Shown here: one piece after another, positions 1-10,006 of the stretch
Numbering within the stretch: the stretch's first letter is position 1
Layout: every line of letters starts with the position of its first letter
Source: Candidatus Micrarchaeota archaeon
Lineage (GTDB): Archaea > Micrarchaeota > Micrarchaeia > Burarchaeales > Fermentimicrarchaeaceae
Direction of reading: 5' to 3'
Assembly: GCA_013425335.1 (NCBI GenBank)
Contig: JACCLG010000050.1
Span: 17,532-81,531, forward strand
DNA: 64,000 nt
The notes under the pieces: model-generated
Told to the model about the DNA's origin: nothing
The model's database searches: none
The model's input: the letters and a program-made list of their open reading frames with translations, nothing else
Made by a program: the position numbers and the translations under genes

Positions 1-930
1 GGGCAGAGGGTCTACCTCCATGTGGATGCCGAGAGGAGAAGGGCCCTCATGAGGCACCACAGTGCAACTCATATACTGAACTACACCTGCAGGAGGGTTC
101 TCGGCAACCATGTCTGGCAGGCTGGCGCAAAGAAGGAAAAGGACAGGGCGCATCTAGACATAACCCACTACGAGAAGCTCTCCCCGGAGCAGATGAAGCA
201 GATAGAGCTTGTCGCCAACAGAATTGTCCTGGAAGACAGGAAAATAAGCATAACAACCATGGAGAGGAGCGATGCTGAGAAGAAGTTCGGGTTCACAATC
301 TACCAGGGAGGCGCATCCCCAGGCAAGCTAGTGAGGATAGTGGAGATTGAGGGCGGGGTTGACGCAGAGGCATGCGGCGGCTTGCACATGCCCAACACGG
401 GAAAGGTCGGCATCATCAAGATAATAAAGGAGGAGAGAATTCAGGATGGGATAAGCAGGATTGAGTTCGCCGCAGGCGAGGCAGCCCTGGGCTACATCCA
501 GAAGGAGGATGAGGTGCTGAGAGAGGCTTCGGAAAAGCTCAAGGTGTCTCCTGAACAGCTCGCCTCAACTGAGGAGCGCTTCTTCGCTGAATGGAAGGAG
601 AGGGGTAAGAAGCTTGTGGAGCTGGAGGACCGTGTTGCCGAGCTGGAGTCTGAGAGGCTGCTGCCTGAAGCTAAAGGCGGCGTTGTGAGAAAGGTGCTTA
701 ATGTTGATGCCAAGCTGCTGGAGAAGATTGCCCTGTGCATATCCGAGAGGGATGTCACCGCAGTGCTGGCGAACCAGAACAACGACGTTGTTGCAGCAAC
801 CTCTGAGGGCTCTGAGATGGATTCGAGCAAGCTGCTCTCCCAGCTATACTCAAAGTTCGGCGGTGCAGGAGGAGGGAACAAGAGGTTTGCCAGAGGCAGA
901 ACCAAAGAGAAAGTCTCCTTCTCTGCCTAA
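1..930 (+). CDS. alaS: Alanyl-tRNA synthetase, C-terminal portion (5'-truncated by window edge)
   Basis: ORF 22..930 runs in frame from position 1; the translation shows AlaRS editing and C-terminal region motifs (HSATHILN, GGLH). Confidence 0.8.
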   Translation, partial: GQRVYLHVDAERRRALMRHHSATHILNYTCRRVLGNHVWQAGAKKEKDRAHLDITHYEKLSPEQMKQIELVANRIVLEDRKISITTMERSDAEKKFGFTIYQGGASPGKLVRIVEIEGGVDAEACGGLHMPNTGKVGIIKIIKEERIQDGISRIEFAAGEAALGYIQKEDEVLREASEKLKVSPEQLASTEERFFAEWKERGKKLVELEDRVAELESERLLPEAKGGVVRKVLNVDAKLLEKIALCISERDVTAVLANQNNDVVAATSEGSEMDSSKLLSQLYSKFGGAGGGNKRFARGRTKEKVSFSA

Positions 931-1499
931 GTTTTTATTATTCTGTAGCCCTCCAGCCATTCCTTTGCTTTCTTCTTTATAGAGCTGTGCTTTGAGCGGC
1001 TGGCGAGCTCCCTAACATATGATATTTTCTCCTCGTTCCTTACGTGACTCCTCAGTATGAAATTGAGCGTTCTCTTCGCAACTGAGAGGTGGTCGGTGTG
1101 CGCCCCTATGTAATTGGCGCTCTTCAGCTTGTCCTTGTCGTCCAAGCTGCTTTTTTCTATGTAATCCAGAGCATCTATGGCAACCGGCTCATGTGTCGAA
1201 AAGCTGGCAATGAGCCTTGCCTTTTCAACTTTATCGCTCTCAGGCATGGCTGCTACTTCTATCCTCTCCCATGCATTCTCAGCGACTGAAAGATGTGGCG
1301 CGAATATGGCGGTATCGCCAAAGTAGTGGCCCTTGTCCCATTCCGAGAGCATCTTGCTGCCTGCAATGATGTCAACCGCGGTGCGCCCAACTCCCTCGTC
1401 GCAATGAGTAACCGCAGCCTGATGGAGTTTCTTATAGTTGCTCAGAAACAGCCCTATCCTATCGGTAAAAGATGCCCCCTTGCAAGTCCTCTTTGCCAT
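927..1499 (-). CDS. Hypothetical protein (190 aa), possible metal-dependent hydrolase
   Basis: Clean 190-aa ORF; 4-nt overlap with alaS stop; no confident family match by eye. Confidence 0.4.
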   Translation of the reverse strand: MAKRTCKGASFTDRIGLFLSNYKKLHQAAVTHCDEGVGRTAVDIIAGSKMLSEWDKGHYFGDTAIFAPHLSVAENAWERIEVAAMPESDKVEKARLIASFSTHEPVAIDALDYIEKSSLDDKDKLKSANYIGAHTDHLSVAKRTLNFILRSHVRNEEKISYVRELASRSKHSSIKKKAKEWLEGYRIIKT

Positions 1500-1593
1500 A
1501 CTACCTATTTTTAAGAATTCATCTATATTAAATTATCCTATTCGAGACGCCTTGGCAAGGGGCAGGCTGGGAAATTCTTGCAGAGTGAGCAGC

Positions 1594-2280
1594 ATGGATG
1601 AAGTGATAAGGGTTGAAGACCTTAGGAAGACGTACCTCATGGGAGAGTACGAGCTGGAGGTGCTGAGAGGCATAGACCTCGCCGTAAAGAAAGGCGACAC
1701 GCTCTCAATAATGGGCCCCTCTGGAAGCGGAAAGAGCACCCTCATACAGATAATGGGGTGCCTTGACATACCAACGAGCGGTAAGCTTTACATAGATGGA
1801 GTTGATACTTCAACAATGAACTCTGACCAGCTTGCGGCAATACGAAGCAAGAAGATAGGCTTCGTCTTCCAGTTCTTCTACCTAATCCCGACCCTCAGTT
1901 CGCAGGATAACGTTGAGTTGCCAATGGTTTTTAACGGCTTATCACATGAGGAAAGGCATAAGAAGGCATATGAGCTCCTTGAACTTGTCGGGCTTGCTGA
2001 GAGAGCGGATCACCGGCCGTCAGAGCTCAGCGGGGGTGAGAGACAGAGGGTTGCAATTGCAAGGGCGCTGGCAAACGACCCTCAAATAATTTTTGCAGAT
2101 GAACCAACAGGTAACCTTGACTCGAAATCTGGCCAGGAAATAGTACACCTGTTGATGAAGCTTAATACAAAGGGTTACACTATCATAATGGTATCGCATG
2201 ACTTTGAAATAGCGAGACATGCGAGAAGAATAATTTATGTTAAAGATGGACTTATAGAAAAGACTGAGGTGGTCAAATGA
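1594..2280 (+). CDS. ABC transporter ATP-binding protein (MacB/LolD-like)
   Basis: Walker A GPSGSGKST, signature LSGGERQRVAIARAL, Walker B IIFADEPT, H-loop; internal ATG 1594 chosen because typical N-terminus MDEVIRVEDLRKTY follows it. Confidence 0.85.
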   Translation: MDEVIRVEDLRKTYLMGEYELEVLRGIDLAVKKGDTLSIMGPSGSGKSTLIQIMGCLDIPTSGKLYIDGVDTSTMNSDQLAAIRSKKIGFVFQFFYLIPTLSSQDNVELPMVFNGLSHEERHKKAYELLELVGLAERADHRPSELSGGERQRVAIARALANDPQIIFADEPTGNLDSKSGQEIVHLLMKLNTKGYTIIMVSHDFEIARHARRIIYVKDGLIEKTEVVK

Positions 2281-3794
2281 GAAAAGAAGCTTTGTTTATG
2301 GTGCTGCTTGCGATGGTAGCATTCGTATCGGCAGACGCGCAGATAACATCATACTCTGTGCTGCCTACTACTCTTAAGCCTGGGGTGACTGGCTCAGCAA
2401 CAATAACTGTCTACAACCCCTCAACTACAACCTTAACAGGAGTTGTGATATATCAGGGTGGGGAGCAGTTCACGTTTAATTCAAATAGGGTGCAGCTAGG
2501 AGACCTTGGTGCTCTAGGCTCGACAGTCATAACAATACCATTCACCATAAAGGCAGATGTACCCCCAGGAATATACAACTTGAGGCTAGATGCATTCTGG
2601 ACAGAGGGCAGCGAGACCTTAACAAAATCATTCTCGATACCCATAAATATTACAAACCCGCCGATATTTCATTTCTCTTTCGCACCACTTAACCAAATAA
2701 CGCCAGGGCAGAGTTTCATAGTGCATGGGCAGATAACGAATGACGGAGGCAGCGTGTCAAAGATAGTGATAACTCTGAACTCAGCATCATTCTTCCTTGA
2801 TGGAATATCCCAGCTTTCTCTGGGAAATCTCCCAAGTGGAAGCAATGCATCTTTCACCATCCCACTTGTTGCAAGTGCGTCGGTAAGCCCAGGGGTTCAG
2901 TCAATACCCCTAACCGTGGCTTATCAGGACCCCCAGGGAGCATTACAGCAAACGACAATAAGCATAAACCCTGTCCAAGTGGCTAAGAGCTCGGTTGACT
3001 TCCTACTTGACGCGCAACCTGACAAAAAATCGCTATCACCGGGGGATAAGACGCGGCTCTCAGTTAACATCACAAATAATGGTAACAGCAAGGCATACTC
3101 GGCAAAGGTCACTGTCTCAGCAGCCTCCCAGTATTTCACATCGCTTGGCTCTTCCGAAAGATACTTCGATATCATCAGTCCGGGCTCCGAAGAGCACATG
3201 GAGTTTGAAATTGGAGTAAGCGGAAGCACACCGGCGGGCTACTACCCCCTCATCGTAACCATCAACTACCTCAACGTCAATGGTGAGACGCAGACCGCAA
3301 TACAAAAGCAGATTGGTGTCGAAGTGGGCGGTACCCCCGAGATAACCATAACTCCAAATACAAATCCATCACCGATATCTTCAGGAAATAAGTACTCGCT
3401 TTCGATGCAGTTCTCAAATACTGGCAATATAAATGTAAGAGCGCTCGGAGTGACGCTAACAAGCGATTCTTTTGAGATTCTTGATCCCCCGACAAGCTAT
3501 ATCGGTAGCTTGAACGTAGATGACTACACAAGCGTCCAATACATGATCTACTCCAAGAAAGATTTGAAGCCAGGCATATATCCACTACATGTTTCAATGC
3601 GCTGCAAGGATGCATATAACATCGAGTACAATATAACACGGGACGTGATGCTGGAAGTCGTGTCATCAGACATCGCAGCCCTTACACAGACGTCGGCAGG
3701 CATGAGTCTAGCATCAACAATCCTGATAGTCGTCGTGGTGGGAACGGTCGGGTACTTCGTGTACAAGAAGTACCTCAAGAAGAAGGCGAAGTAG
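2277..3794 (+). CDS. Secreted surface protein with signal peptide and C-terminal TM anchor (middle gene of ABC-ATPase/surface-protein/FtsX triad)
   Basis: ATGA overlap with upstream ABC ATPase; N-terminal signal peptide; Thr/Ser-rich beta-rich repeats; C-terminal hydrophobic anchor followed by KKYLKKKAK. Confidence 0.7.
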   Translation: MRKEALFMVLLAMVAFVSADAQITSYSVLPTTLKPGVTGSATITVYNPSTTTLTGVVIYQGGEQFTFNSNRVQLGDLGALGSTVITIPFTIKADVPPGIYNLRLDAFWTEGSETLTKSFSIPINITNPPIFHFSFAPLNQITPGQSFIVHGQITNDGGSVSKIVITLNSASFFLDGISQLSLGNLPSGSNASFTIPLVASASVSPGVQSIPLTVAYQDPQGALQQTTISINPVQVAKSSVDFLLDAQPDKKSLSPGDKTRLSVNITNNGNSKAYSAKVTVSAASQYFTSLGSSERYFDIISPGSEEHMEFEIGVSGSTPAGYYPLIVTINYLNVNGETQTAIQKQIGVEVGGTPEITITPNTNPSPISSGNKYSLSMQFSNTGNINVRALGVTLTSDSFEILDPPTSYIGSLNVDDYTSVQYMIYSKKDLKPGIYPLHVSMRCKDAYNIEYNITRDVMLEVVSSDIAALTQTSAGMSLASTILIVVVVGTVGYFVYKKYLKKKAK

Positions 3795-4991
3795 ATGCAA
3801 CACTTGGACCTGCTGAATTATTCAATAAAGAACCTCACAAGCAGGAAGCTGAGGAGCTATCTTACCATCCTTGGTATAGTCATAGGCATAGCCGCGATAG
3901 TCACCCTCATATCAGTTGCTCAGGGAGTCAATGATTTCATAATGGACCAGCTTGGAATGCTTGGGGGGAACTGGATAACCATAACTCCTGGAAGCCTGAG
4001 ACAGAGCATAATGGGGGGCACTACTGGCAAGGTGACCACACTGGATGGAAATGCTTTAAGAGCAATCCCCGGAGTTACGGATATTATGTACGAGCTCCAA
4101 ATTATGAGAGTGCCGGTCCAGTACAAGAACGAGACTGCAAATGCAATTGGAGGCGGTTGGACCACAAATGTTTTCTCATTCACCTCGCTTATAGAGATTG
4201 GTGAAGGGAGACCATTCAAGGAGAATGAAAGACACGTGGTAGTTATAGGTTACAACCTGGCAAACGATCTGTTTAAAGATAAAATCCAAGTTAACCAGCT
4301 AATAAAAATCGGAAACACAACTTTCAGAGTTGTCGGCATAACGAAGAAAAGCACTGGACTCGCCGCCGCTACCGGCAGCATGGTTGCTATGCCGCTCGAT
4401 GATGCGAGGGAGTTTCTGGGAAATCAAAGACTCCCTAATCAGGTTGATGAGATTGGTGTATTAGTAGCGGATGGATACGATGTAGATAAAATTGGTGAGC
4501 AGGTAACGGCCAAGATGAGACAGCTACATCACGTGGGTGAGGATAATGAAGATTTTACCGTAATGACCCCATCTTTTATAGCAGAGAGAGTCAACTTGAT
4601 AACTGGCACTCTTGAGCTCTTCCTTTCTGGTATAGCGGGAATAGCGCTGCTCGTTGGTGGGATAGGCATTGCCAACACGATGTTCATGTCAGTGATGGAG
4701 AGGACAAAGGAAATAGGAGTACTCAAGGCGATAGGAGCTACCGATAATATCGTGCTTGAGATGTTCCTTCTCGAATCGAGTATCATCGGACTCGTGGGTG
4801 GAGCTATAGGGCTTATGCTCGCAGCCATTGCAACTCTTGTGCTCAACTACTTTGGGGTTCCAACTGAAATATCACCTGAACTTGCAATCTTCGGATTGTC
4901 CTTCTCCGTAGTAGTCGGAGCTGTTTCAGGCTTCTTCCCAGCAAGGAGGGCGGCAAGGCTCCTGCCTGTGGAAGCACTGAGGTACGAGTAG
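3795..4991 (+). CDS. ABC transporter permease, FtsX/MacB-type (large extracytoplasmic domain + 4 TM)
   Basis: N-terminal TM, large periplasmic domain, C-terminal FtsX-like TM bundle; immediately follows ATPase and surface-protein genes. Confidence 0.8.
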   Translation: MQHLDLLNYSIKNLTSRKLRSYLTILGIVIGIAAIVTLISVAQGVNDFIMDQLGMLGGNWITITPGSLRQSIMGGTTGKVTTLDGNALRAIPGVTDIMYELQIMRVPVQYKNETANAIGGGWTTNVFSFTSLIEIGEGRPFKENERHVVVIGYNLANDLFKDKIQVNQLIKIGNTTFRVVGITKKSTGLAAATGSMVAMPLDDAREFLGNQRLPNQVDEIGVLVADGYDVDKIGEQVTAKMRQLHHVGEDNEDFTVMTPSFIAERVNLITGTLELFLSGIAGIALLVGGIGIANTMFMSVMERTKEIGVLKAIGATDNIVLEMFLLESSIIGLVGGAIGLMLAAIATLVLNYFGVPTEISPELAIFGLSFSVVVGAVSGFFPARRAARLLPVEALRYE

Positions 4992-5022
4992 CCTTTTATA
5001 CCGCGGCAGCAAAAAGTTTACC

Positions 5023-5403
5023 ATGGTCAATCCTAAGAAAGTTGCAGTGAAGACAACTGCGTTAGTCTTTGAATTCCTATCATTCCTTTCTGGTATAATC
5101 CTTGTGCTTTCGCTCTGCGCAGTTTTGGTCATGCTCATTTTCCCCTCGCAATACTTCTCAATTTTCAAGAATTATGGCAGGCAAGTCTTCCTTCAGGCCG
5201 GGGATTCGTGCGATGGGATGAGCGGCTCCAATATTTTTTTGCTTCCCCCTCTTGACATAAACCATCTTGACATGAACCAAATGGAGGAATACTGCATTGG
5301 GTGGGATAAAATCATTATGTTTATAGGTTCTGTGACGTTTATCCTAACCGTATTATTTGAGGAAATAATCAGGAAGAGATACTTGAAAATAGCTCAGGTG
5401 TAG
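5023..5403 (+). CDS. Possible small membrane protein (126 aa)
   Basis: ORF with two hydrophobic segments in an AT-richer intergenic gap; no homology recognised. Confidence 0.25.
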   Translation: MVNPKKVAVKTTALVFEFLSFLSGIILVLSLCAVLVMLIFPSQYFSIFKNYGRQVFLQAGDSCDGMSGSNIFLLPPLDINHLDMNQMEEYCIGWDKIIMFIGSVTFILTVLFEEIIRKRYLKIAQV

Positions 5404-6320
5404 CTGACCTTTACCCCGGCAGAATTGCTAAGGCTGAGAAAGTCCCTCATTGCATAGGTGATTCCCTGCCCCAGCGAGGAGAGGATTCCTCCGAATGGGT
5501 TTGTGCTGCCCATCTCGCATACTACAGGTTGATTCTTATATGACATATTGGCTAGGTTTGCTGCAGTTGTGAGCGCCAGTTTCTTATTGCCAATCTCATC
5601 AACAAGACCAACCTCTTTCGCCTGCCTCCCCGTAAGCACCCTCGCATCCAGAATCTCATTGAACTTCTGCTCGTTCAACTTGCCTTTCCTTCCCTCTTCA
5701 ACAACGGTCTTGAACTCATCAAAAATTTGGTTTATCATGGTCTGCATTATCTGCTTCTCCTTCTCTGTTGGGGGCCTCGTGTTTGTGCCCATGTCCTTGA
5801 GCTCTCCAGACTTGAATATTGTATAGTTTAAACCGAGCTTGTTGAACAGCCCGCTCATGTCCTCAAACGTTGTTGTAACTCCTATGCTGCCAGTCAAAGC
5901 GTCAGGCTCAGAAACGATGTAATCCGTAGGTGCGGATATGTAATAGGCGCCAGATGCAGCAACCTCCCTGAAATAGGCCACCTTGGGCTTCTTGATGTCT
6001 CTGACTGCTTCATATATCTCCCTGCTCGCTACAACAGAGCCTCCGGGCGAGTTGACCTCAAAAACTACCGCCTTGACGTTACCGTTGTTTTCTGCATTGT
6101 TTATTTGATTGACGATATCATCAGAGCCAATTGTCGGCGTCCCAAACAGCCCGCCGCTGGAAGTCTGCGTGCTTATCTCACCATTCACTTGGATTACCCC
6201 AACGCATTCAGTGGGTGTTGCGAGGTAATAAATGGCGTATACTGCCACTATTGTGCCGGCAACCATCAAAGCTCCTATGGCGACAAGTAGTATTGTTACA
6301 ACAAGTTTGTCAGTTTTCAT
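5394..6320 (-). CDS. sppA: Signal peptide peptidase SppA (S49 family)
   Basis: N-terminal TM; S49 motifs around NSPGG and ASGAYYIS; 308 aa, typical of the archaeal/36K type. Confidence 0.8.
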   Translation of the reverse strand: MKTDKLVVTILLVAIGALMVAGTIVAVYAIYYLATPTECVGVIQVNGEISTQTSSGGLFGTPTIGSDDIVNQINNAENNGNVKAVVFEVNSPGGSVVASREIYEAVRDIKKPKVAYFREVAASGAYYISAPTDYIVSEPDALTGSIGVTTTFEDMSGLFNKLGLNYTIFKSGELKDMGTNTRPPTEKEKQIMQTMINQIFDEFKTVVEEGRKGKLNEQKFNEILDARVLTGRQAKEVGLVDEIGNKKLALTTAANLANMSYKNQPVVCEMGSTNPFGGILSSLGQGITYAMRDFLSLSNSAGVKVSYT

Positions 6321-6353
6321 ATTGTAATAAATACTTTTGTACCCTTATAAATA

Positions 6354-6887
6354 TTGTGGTGTAAGATGAATCTTGTTCAGGCATTGCTTTTCATACTTCC
6401 CGCCTACATTGCCAATGCAACGCCTGTTATTTTTGGGGGCGGGATGCCCGTTGATTTCAGGAGAAAATTCAAAGACGGGGAGAGGATACTCGGCGACGGG
6501 AAAACCTGGAGGGGCCTGCTTGCCGGGCTCTGCTTCGGAAGCCTCACCGGGCTGGTTGAGGCACAGCTGTACTCATCTGCAATGCTGCAGGGAGTGCCAG
6601 GCATGAATTTTTTGCCACTGGGCTTTGCTCTCTCGCTTGGCACAATGCTGGGTGACCTGACAGGGAGTTTCATAAAAAGGAGAATGAGGATAAAGAGAGG
6701 GCATCCATCGCTTATTCTTGACCAACTGTCATTCCTGCTTTTCGCACTTTTGTTCTCAGTCCCATTTGCGCCATCTGGATTTTTTGCTCTGGATTCACTA
6801 GTTTTCCTGGTTGTGCTGACATACCTGCTTCACGTCCTCACAAATATTTTCGCAAATAGGCTCGGCCTTAAGAAAGTTCCCTGGTGA
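6354..6887 (+). CDS. carS: CDP-archaeol synthase (CDP-2,3-bis-O-geranylgeranyl-sn-glycerol synthase, DUF46)
   Basis: Multi-TM 177-aa protein with characteristic N-terminus LPAYIANATPVIFGGG...DGKTWRG. Confidence 0.8.
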   Translation: MWCKMNLVQALLFILPAYIANATPVIFGGGMPVDFRRKFKDGERILGDGKTWRGLLAGLCFGSLTGLVEAQLYSSAMLQGVPGMNFLPLGFALSLGTMLGDLTGSFIKRRMRIKRGHPSLILDQLSFLLFALLFSVPFAPSGFFALDSLVFLVVLTYLLHVLTNIFANRLGLKKVPW

Positions 6888-6891
6888 GGAG

Positions 6892-8670
6892 CTAGTTACA
6901 TCCAGAGCAACCATCGCAGTCGTTTCCGTTATCCGATATGGTGTTTGATGTAAATGTTGGGTTGGAGTTGTAGCAGTAAATCCCATACTGCGTGTGGTGC
7001 CTCACAATATTCTCAATAAGTATATCGCTCGATGAGTCCATGTATATGCCATTCTTGCCGTTATCCTCAATCATGTTTTTACTGAACTCATCGGAATTCG
7101 AGGAGCTTGTGCGCACTCCGTAAACCTCGTTGGAGGAGATGACATTGCCCCAAATCTTGTTTGATGTGGAGTTGTACAAGTCTATGCCGTACTGGCTGTT
7201 CTCTCTAATGGCACTGCCGGATATTACGTTGGAAGATGAAGAGCTCACCGTTATGCCTACGTTATTTTTGTTTACCTTGTTGCCTGTAGCGTTGTTCTCG
7301 TATGCGAAGTGGAACCATATACCCTGTGAATTGCCCCTTAGTTCATTCCCATCTAACAAATTCAGGTGCGATGAGTACAGCCATATTCCGTAACTGCTGT
7401 TCAGGATAGTATTCGAGAGCAGGTTGTTTGACGTGGAATTCATAAGACTGATGCCCAGGTTGTTCCCGTCCAGACTGTTGCTCAACAGCGTATTGTTCTG
7501 CGAACTCTGCAACAGAACGCTCTGTGTGTTCTGCTCTATATCATTTCTGTCAATCTCATTCAAACTTGAGTATAATATGCTAATTGCATTCCTGTTGTTG
7601 CTGAGAGAGTTGCCAGTAACGCTATTGCCGTTAGATGACTGTAGCTTGATTCCATCCGTGCAGTTGGTTATGTTGTTTTTGCTCACACTGTTATTCGTAG
7701 ATGAAACCAGTGATACGCAGCTAATCGCATCTGAGCTCACATTGCTCGATCTTATGGTATTGTTTGATGAGGATTGCAGAACGATGCCCTCATAGCTATT
7801 CACTACTTCATCCGCATCCACCACATTGTAATTCGAGGAATTCAGGTATACCCCGCGGTGGTTGTTGGAATTCGCATTATTGCTAAGCACGTTGCCTGAA
7901 GAGCCGGATATGACCACCCCGGTCTCGTAATTGTCGTATATCTTATTCCTGCTTACATGCGTGCCTTCAGATGCCGGTGAAAGGTATATCCCAACATTGT
8001 TGTTGTAAATCACATTCCCTTCAATTAGGAGATTGCGCGTCAGACTGCGCGCATACACTCCGTAGACGCTGCCGGATATCGAATTACCCCTCAGCACCAC
8101 GCCCTCCGCGTCTATGACCAATCCATAGATGTTTCCGTTGATTAGGTTCCCTTCAATAACAGAATTCTGAGCCCCGATGTACGGACCTTTCATGCTCTCG
8201 GAGAGTCCAGAGCCCAGATTCAACAGCTCGGAGTTTCTCATCTCAAATTTTGCATCCTTGCGGGCAAATATGGTGGTGCTAGCCGTGGAACTATTGCCGT
8301 TCTCTATGATGCTCATGTCATAAATTGTGGCTGTGTTGTTATCGTTGTCAAGCACCCTAAGCTCTCCTCCCGGAAGCACCTCGATTATCCTCTCATTGTT
8401 GGTCTTCCCATCCATTATAACTGTAGCATTCCTAAGAGTGAGCGAGCCGCCAGGCAGAACAGTAATTCTACCGCTCATATTTATTGTTCTATTCGCGCAT
8501 ATTGTGTAGTAGGATATATTCCATCCGTCAATCTCAGGCGAGCAAGGCTGATATCTTTCTTGCGAGAAAACGCCGAAATAGTATAAAACTGCTAGTATCA
8601 TTATGATTAGCCATAAAACCCATCCATAGGCATGTACAACCTCGGCTGAAATCGGCTTCTTGCTTGGCAT
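6892..8670 (-). CDS. Right-handed parallel beta-helix repeat surface protein (NosD/pectate-lyase-like), N-terminal TM
   Basis: Long series of approximately 22-aa Asn/Ser/Gly-rich beta-helix repeats (NNxxGIxLxxSSxN pattern); N-terminal membrane anchor. Confidence 0.75.
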   Translation of the reverse strand: MPSKKPISAEVVHAYGWVLWLIIMILAVLYYFGVFSQERYQPCSPEIDGWNISYYTICANRTINMSGRITVLPGGSLTLRNATVIMDGKTNNERIIEVLPGGELRVLDNDNNTATIYDMSIIENGNSSTASTTIFARKDAKFEMRNSELLNLGSGLSESMKGPYIGAQNSVIEGNLINGNIYGLVIDAEGVVLRGNSISGSVYGVYARSLTRNLLIEGNVIYNNNVGIYLSPASEGTHVSRNKIYDNYETGVVISGSSGNVLSNNANSNNHRGVYLNSSNYNVVDADEVVNSYEGIVLQSSSNNTIRSSNVSSDAISCVSLVSSTNNSVSKNNITNCTDGIKLQSSNGNSVTGNSLSNNRNAISILYSSLNEIDRNDIEQNTQSVLLQSSQNNTLLSNSLDGNNLGISLMNSTSNNLLSNTILNSSYGIWLYSSHLNLLDGNELRGNSQGIWFHFAYENNATGNKVNKNNVGITVSSSSSNVISGSAIRENSQYGIDLYNSTSNKIWGNVISSNEVYGVRTSSSNSDEFSKNMIEDNGKNGIYMDSSSDILIENIVRHHTQYGIYCYNSNPTFTSNTISDNGNDCDGCSGCN

Positions 8671-8732
8671 TCTATTTTCACCTAGGGGTTCATGTGATAA
8701 CTAGTTAATCCAGCTTGGTATTTAATACTTCT

Positions 8733-9026
8733 CTACTCCACCTTTGTTATCTTGCCGTACTTGCCTGCGGACAGTTGCGAGTTGCCCCTGAACTCGGAAA
8801 CCCAGCCGTTCTCTATCTTTATCTTATCTCCAATTGCTATCCTACTTATGTCGTCCCCCCAAAGAGAAAGAATTATCTCGCCGCTGTCATCCTTTATGGT
8901 GGCGTTGGCCACTCTCGTCTTCTTTCCGAACCTTGTGAGCACATCTCTAGGTTCCTCAATTGCAGTTACTTCTGCAACTTCAATAGTAGCATTACCTGTT
9001 CCCGGCTTGAGCTCTGAAATCTTCAT
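8733..9026 (-). CDS. Single OB-fold nucleic-acid-binding protein (RPA/SSB-like)
   Basis: 97-aa protein with OB-fold-like beta pattern (GNATIEVAEV...ATIKDDSGEIILSLWGD); preferred over the overlapping +strand ORF, which has low complexity. Confidence 0.55.
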   Translation of the reverse strand: MKISELKPGTGNATIEVAEVTAIEEPRDVLTRFGKKTRVANATIKDDSGEIILSLWGDDISRIAIGDKIKIENGWVSEFRGNSQLSAGKYGKITKVE

Positions 9027-9072
9027 CTCTTCACCTCTTCCTTGTTTATTAACTTACTAATTTTTATACATT

Positions 9073-10002
9073 TCATTTGCGCTTTCTCAAAGCAGCAAGC
9101 ATAAGAGGAAGAATTACAGTTGCATCCCCGTCTATCGTCACCTGCTTCGCCCTCTCCTTCACTTTGCCCCAGGAGATAGCCTCCCTCAATCTTGCACCGC
9201 TCAAGCTGCCGTCATACTGGCTTGCAGTTGTAATATAGACTGCGTAATCAAGCCCTCCCTTGAACTGGTTCCACCAAATAGTATGATGTTTCGAGATGCC
9301 CCCCCCAATCATCAATGCCCCTCTTCTCTTGCTGTCGAAAACAATATCGCTGAGCTCCTTCTCATCTTTTATTAAGTTAAGTTTGAACTTGTGGTCCTGG
9401 GAGAATATCACAAGGTTTGTCCCAAAGGCACCGTCCAGTATGCCCGGGCAGTACACAGGTATGTTGTGCTTTGCGGCCTGGTAGAGAATTGAGTTTTTAT
9501 CATCAACCCTCTTGCCGAACTCATATGCCAATTCCCTGCTGCTCCACTCCTCGTTCTCTTTTGAAATCTGCTTGAGAATAGGAAGCATCCTCCTCTCCAA
9601 GATGATGCCGTAGCTTGAGTTCGGAATCAACACATTGCCGAGCCTGTTCACCCCGATCCTGTGCAGCATCTCATCGTCAAGCTCAAAGCTCCCCTCAAAA
9701 TAGCTCCCGCCCCAAGCCCTCGCCAGGTCGTGGTCAAAAGTCCCGCCTGTTGTAATGACAACGTCAAACTCCTTTATGAACTGGGCAAGAGCTCCTCTCA
9801 ATCCAGTTGCAACAATGCACGCAGGGAAGGACAGGAAATTCGTGCACTCCTTGTCTGCAAGCATCTCCCCAAGGATGCTCACTCCGCTGGCCAGATGGCG
9901 CGCCGTGAAACCCCCTGCACTGCGCATCTCCTCAACAAGCTCAGCCGCTCCCATGTTCTCCAGGAGTTTCATATCCCTGATTCTTTTTTTAGGAAGTCTC
10001 AT
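9073..10002 (-). CDS. dys: Deoxyhypusine synthase
   Basis: DHS motifs (VITTGGTFDHDLARAWG, GGGISKHH); internal ATG at 10002 chosen to avoid a 120-nt overlap with the upstream gene. Confidence 0.8.
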   Translation of the reverse strand: MRLPKKRIRDMKLLENMGAAELVEEMRSAGGFTARHLASGVSILGEMLADKECTNFLSFPACIVATGLRGALAQFIKEFDVVITTGGTFDHDLARAWGGSYFEGSFELDDEMLHRIGVNRLGNVLIPNSSYGIILERRMLPILKQISKENEEWSSRELAYEFGKRVDDKNSILYQAAKHNIPVYCPGILDGAFGTNLVIFSQDHKFKLNLIKDEKELSDIVFDSKRRGALMIGGGISKHHTIWWNQFKGGLDYAVYITTASQYDGSLSGARLREAISWGKVKERAKQVTIDGDATVILPLMLAALRKRK

Positions 10003-10006
10003 ATAA

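Noticed and set aside
8715-9060. Two +strand ORFs (100 and 102 aa) overlapping the OB-fold gene
   Set aside because: The minus-strand 97-aa reading has a coherent OB-fold-like pattern and an SD/start context. The plus-strand ORFs are Leu/Ser-rich with no features.
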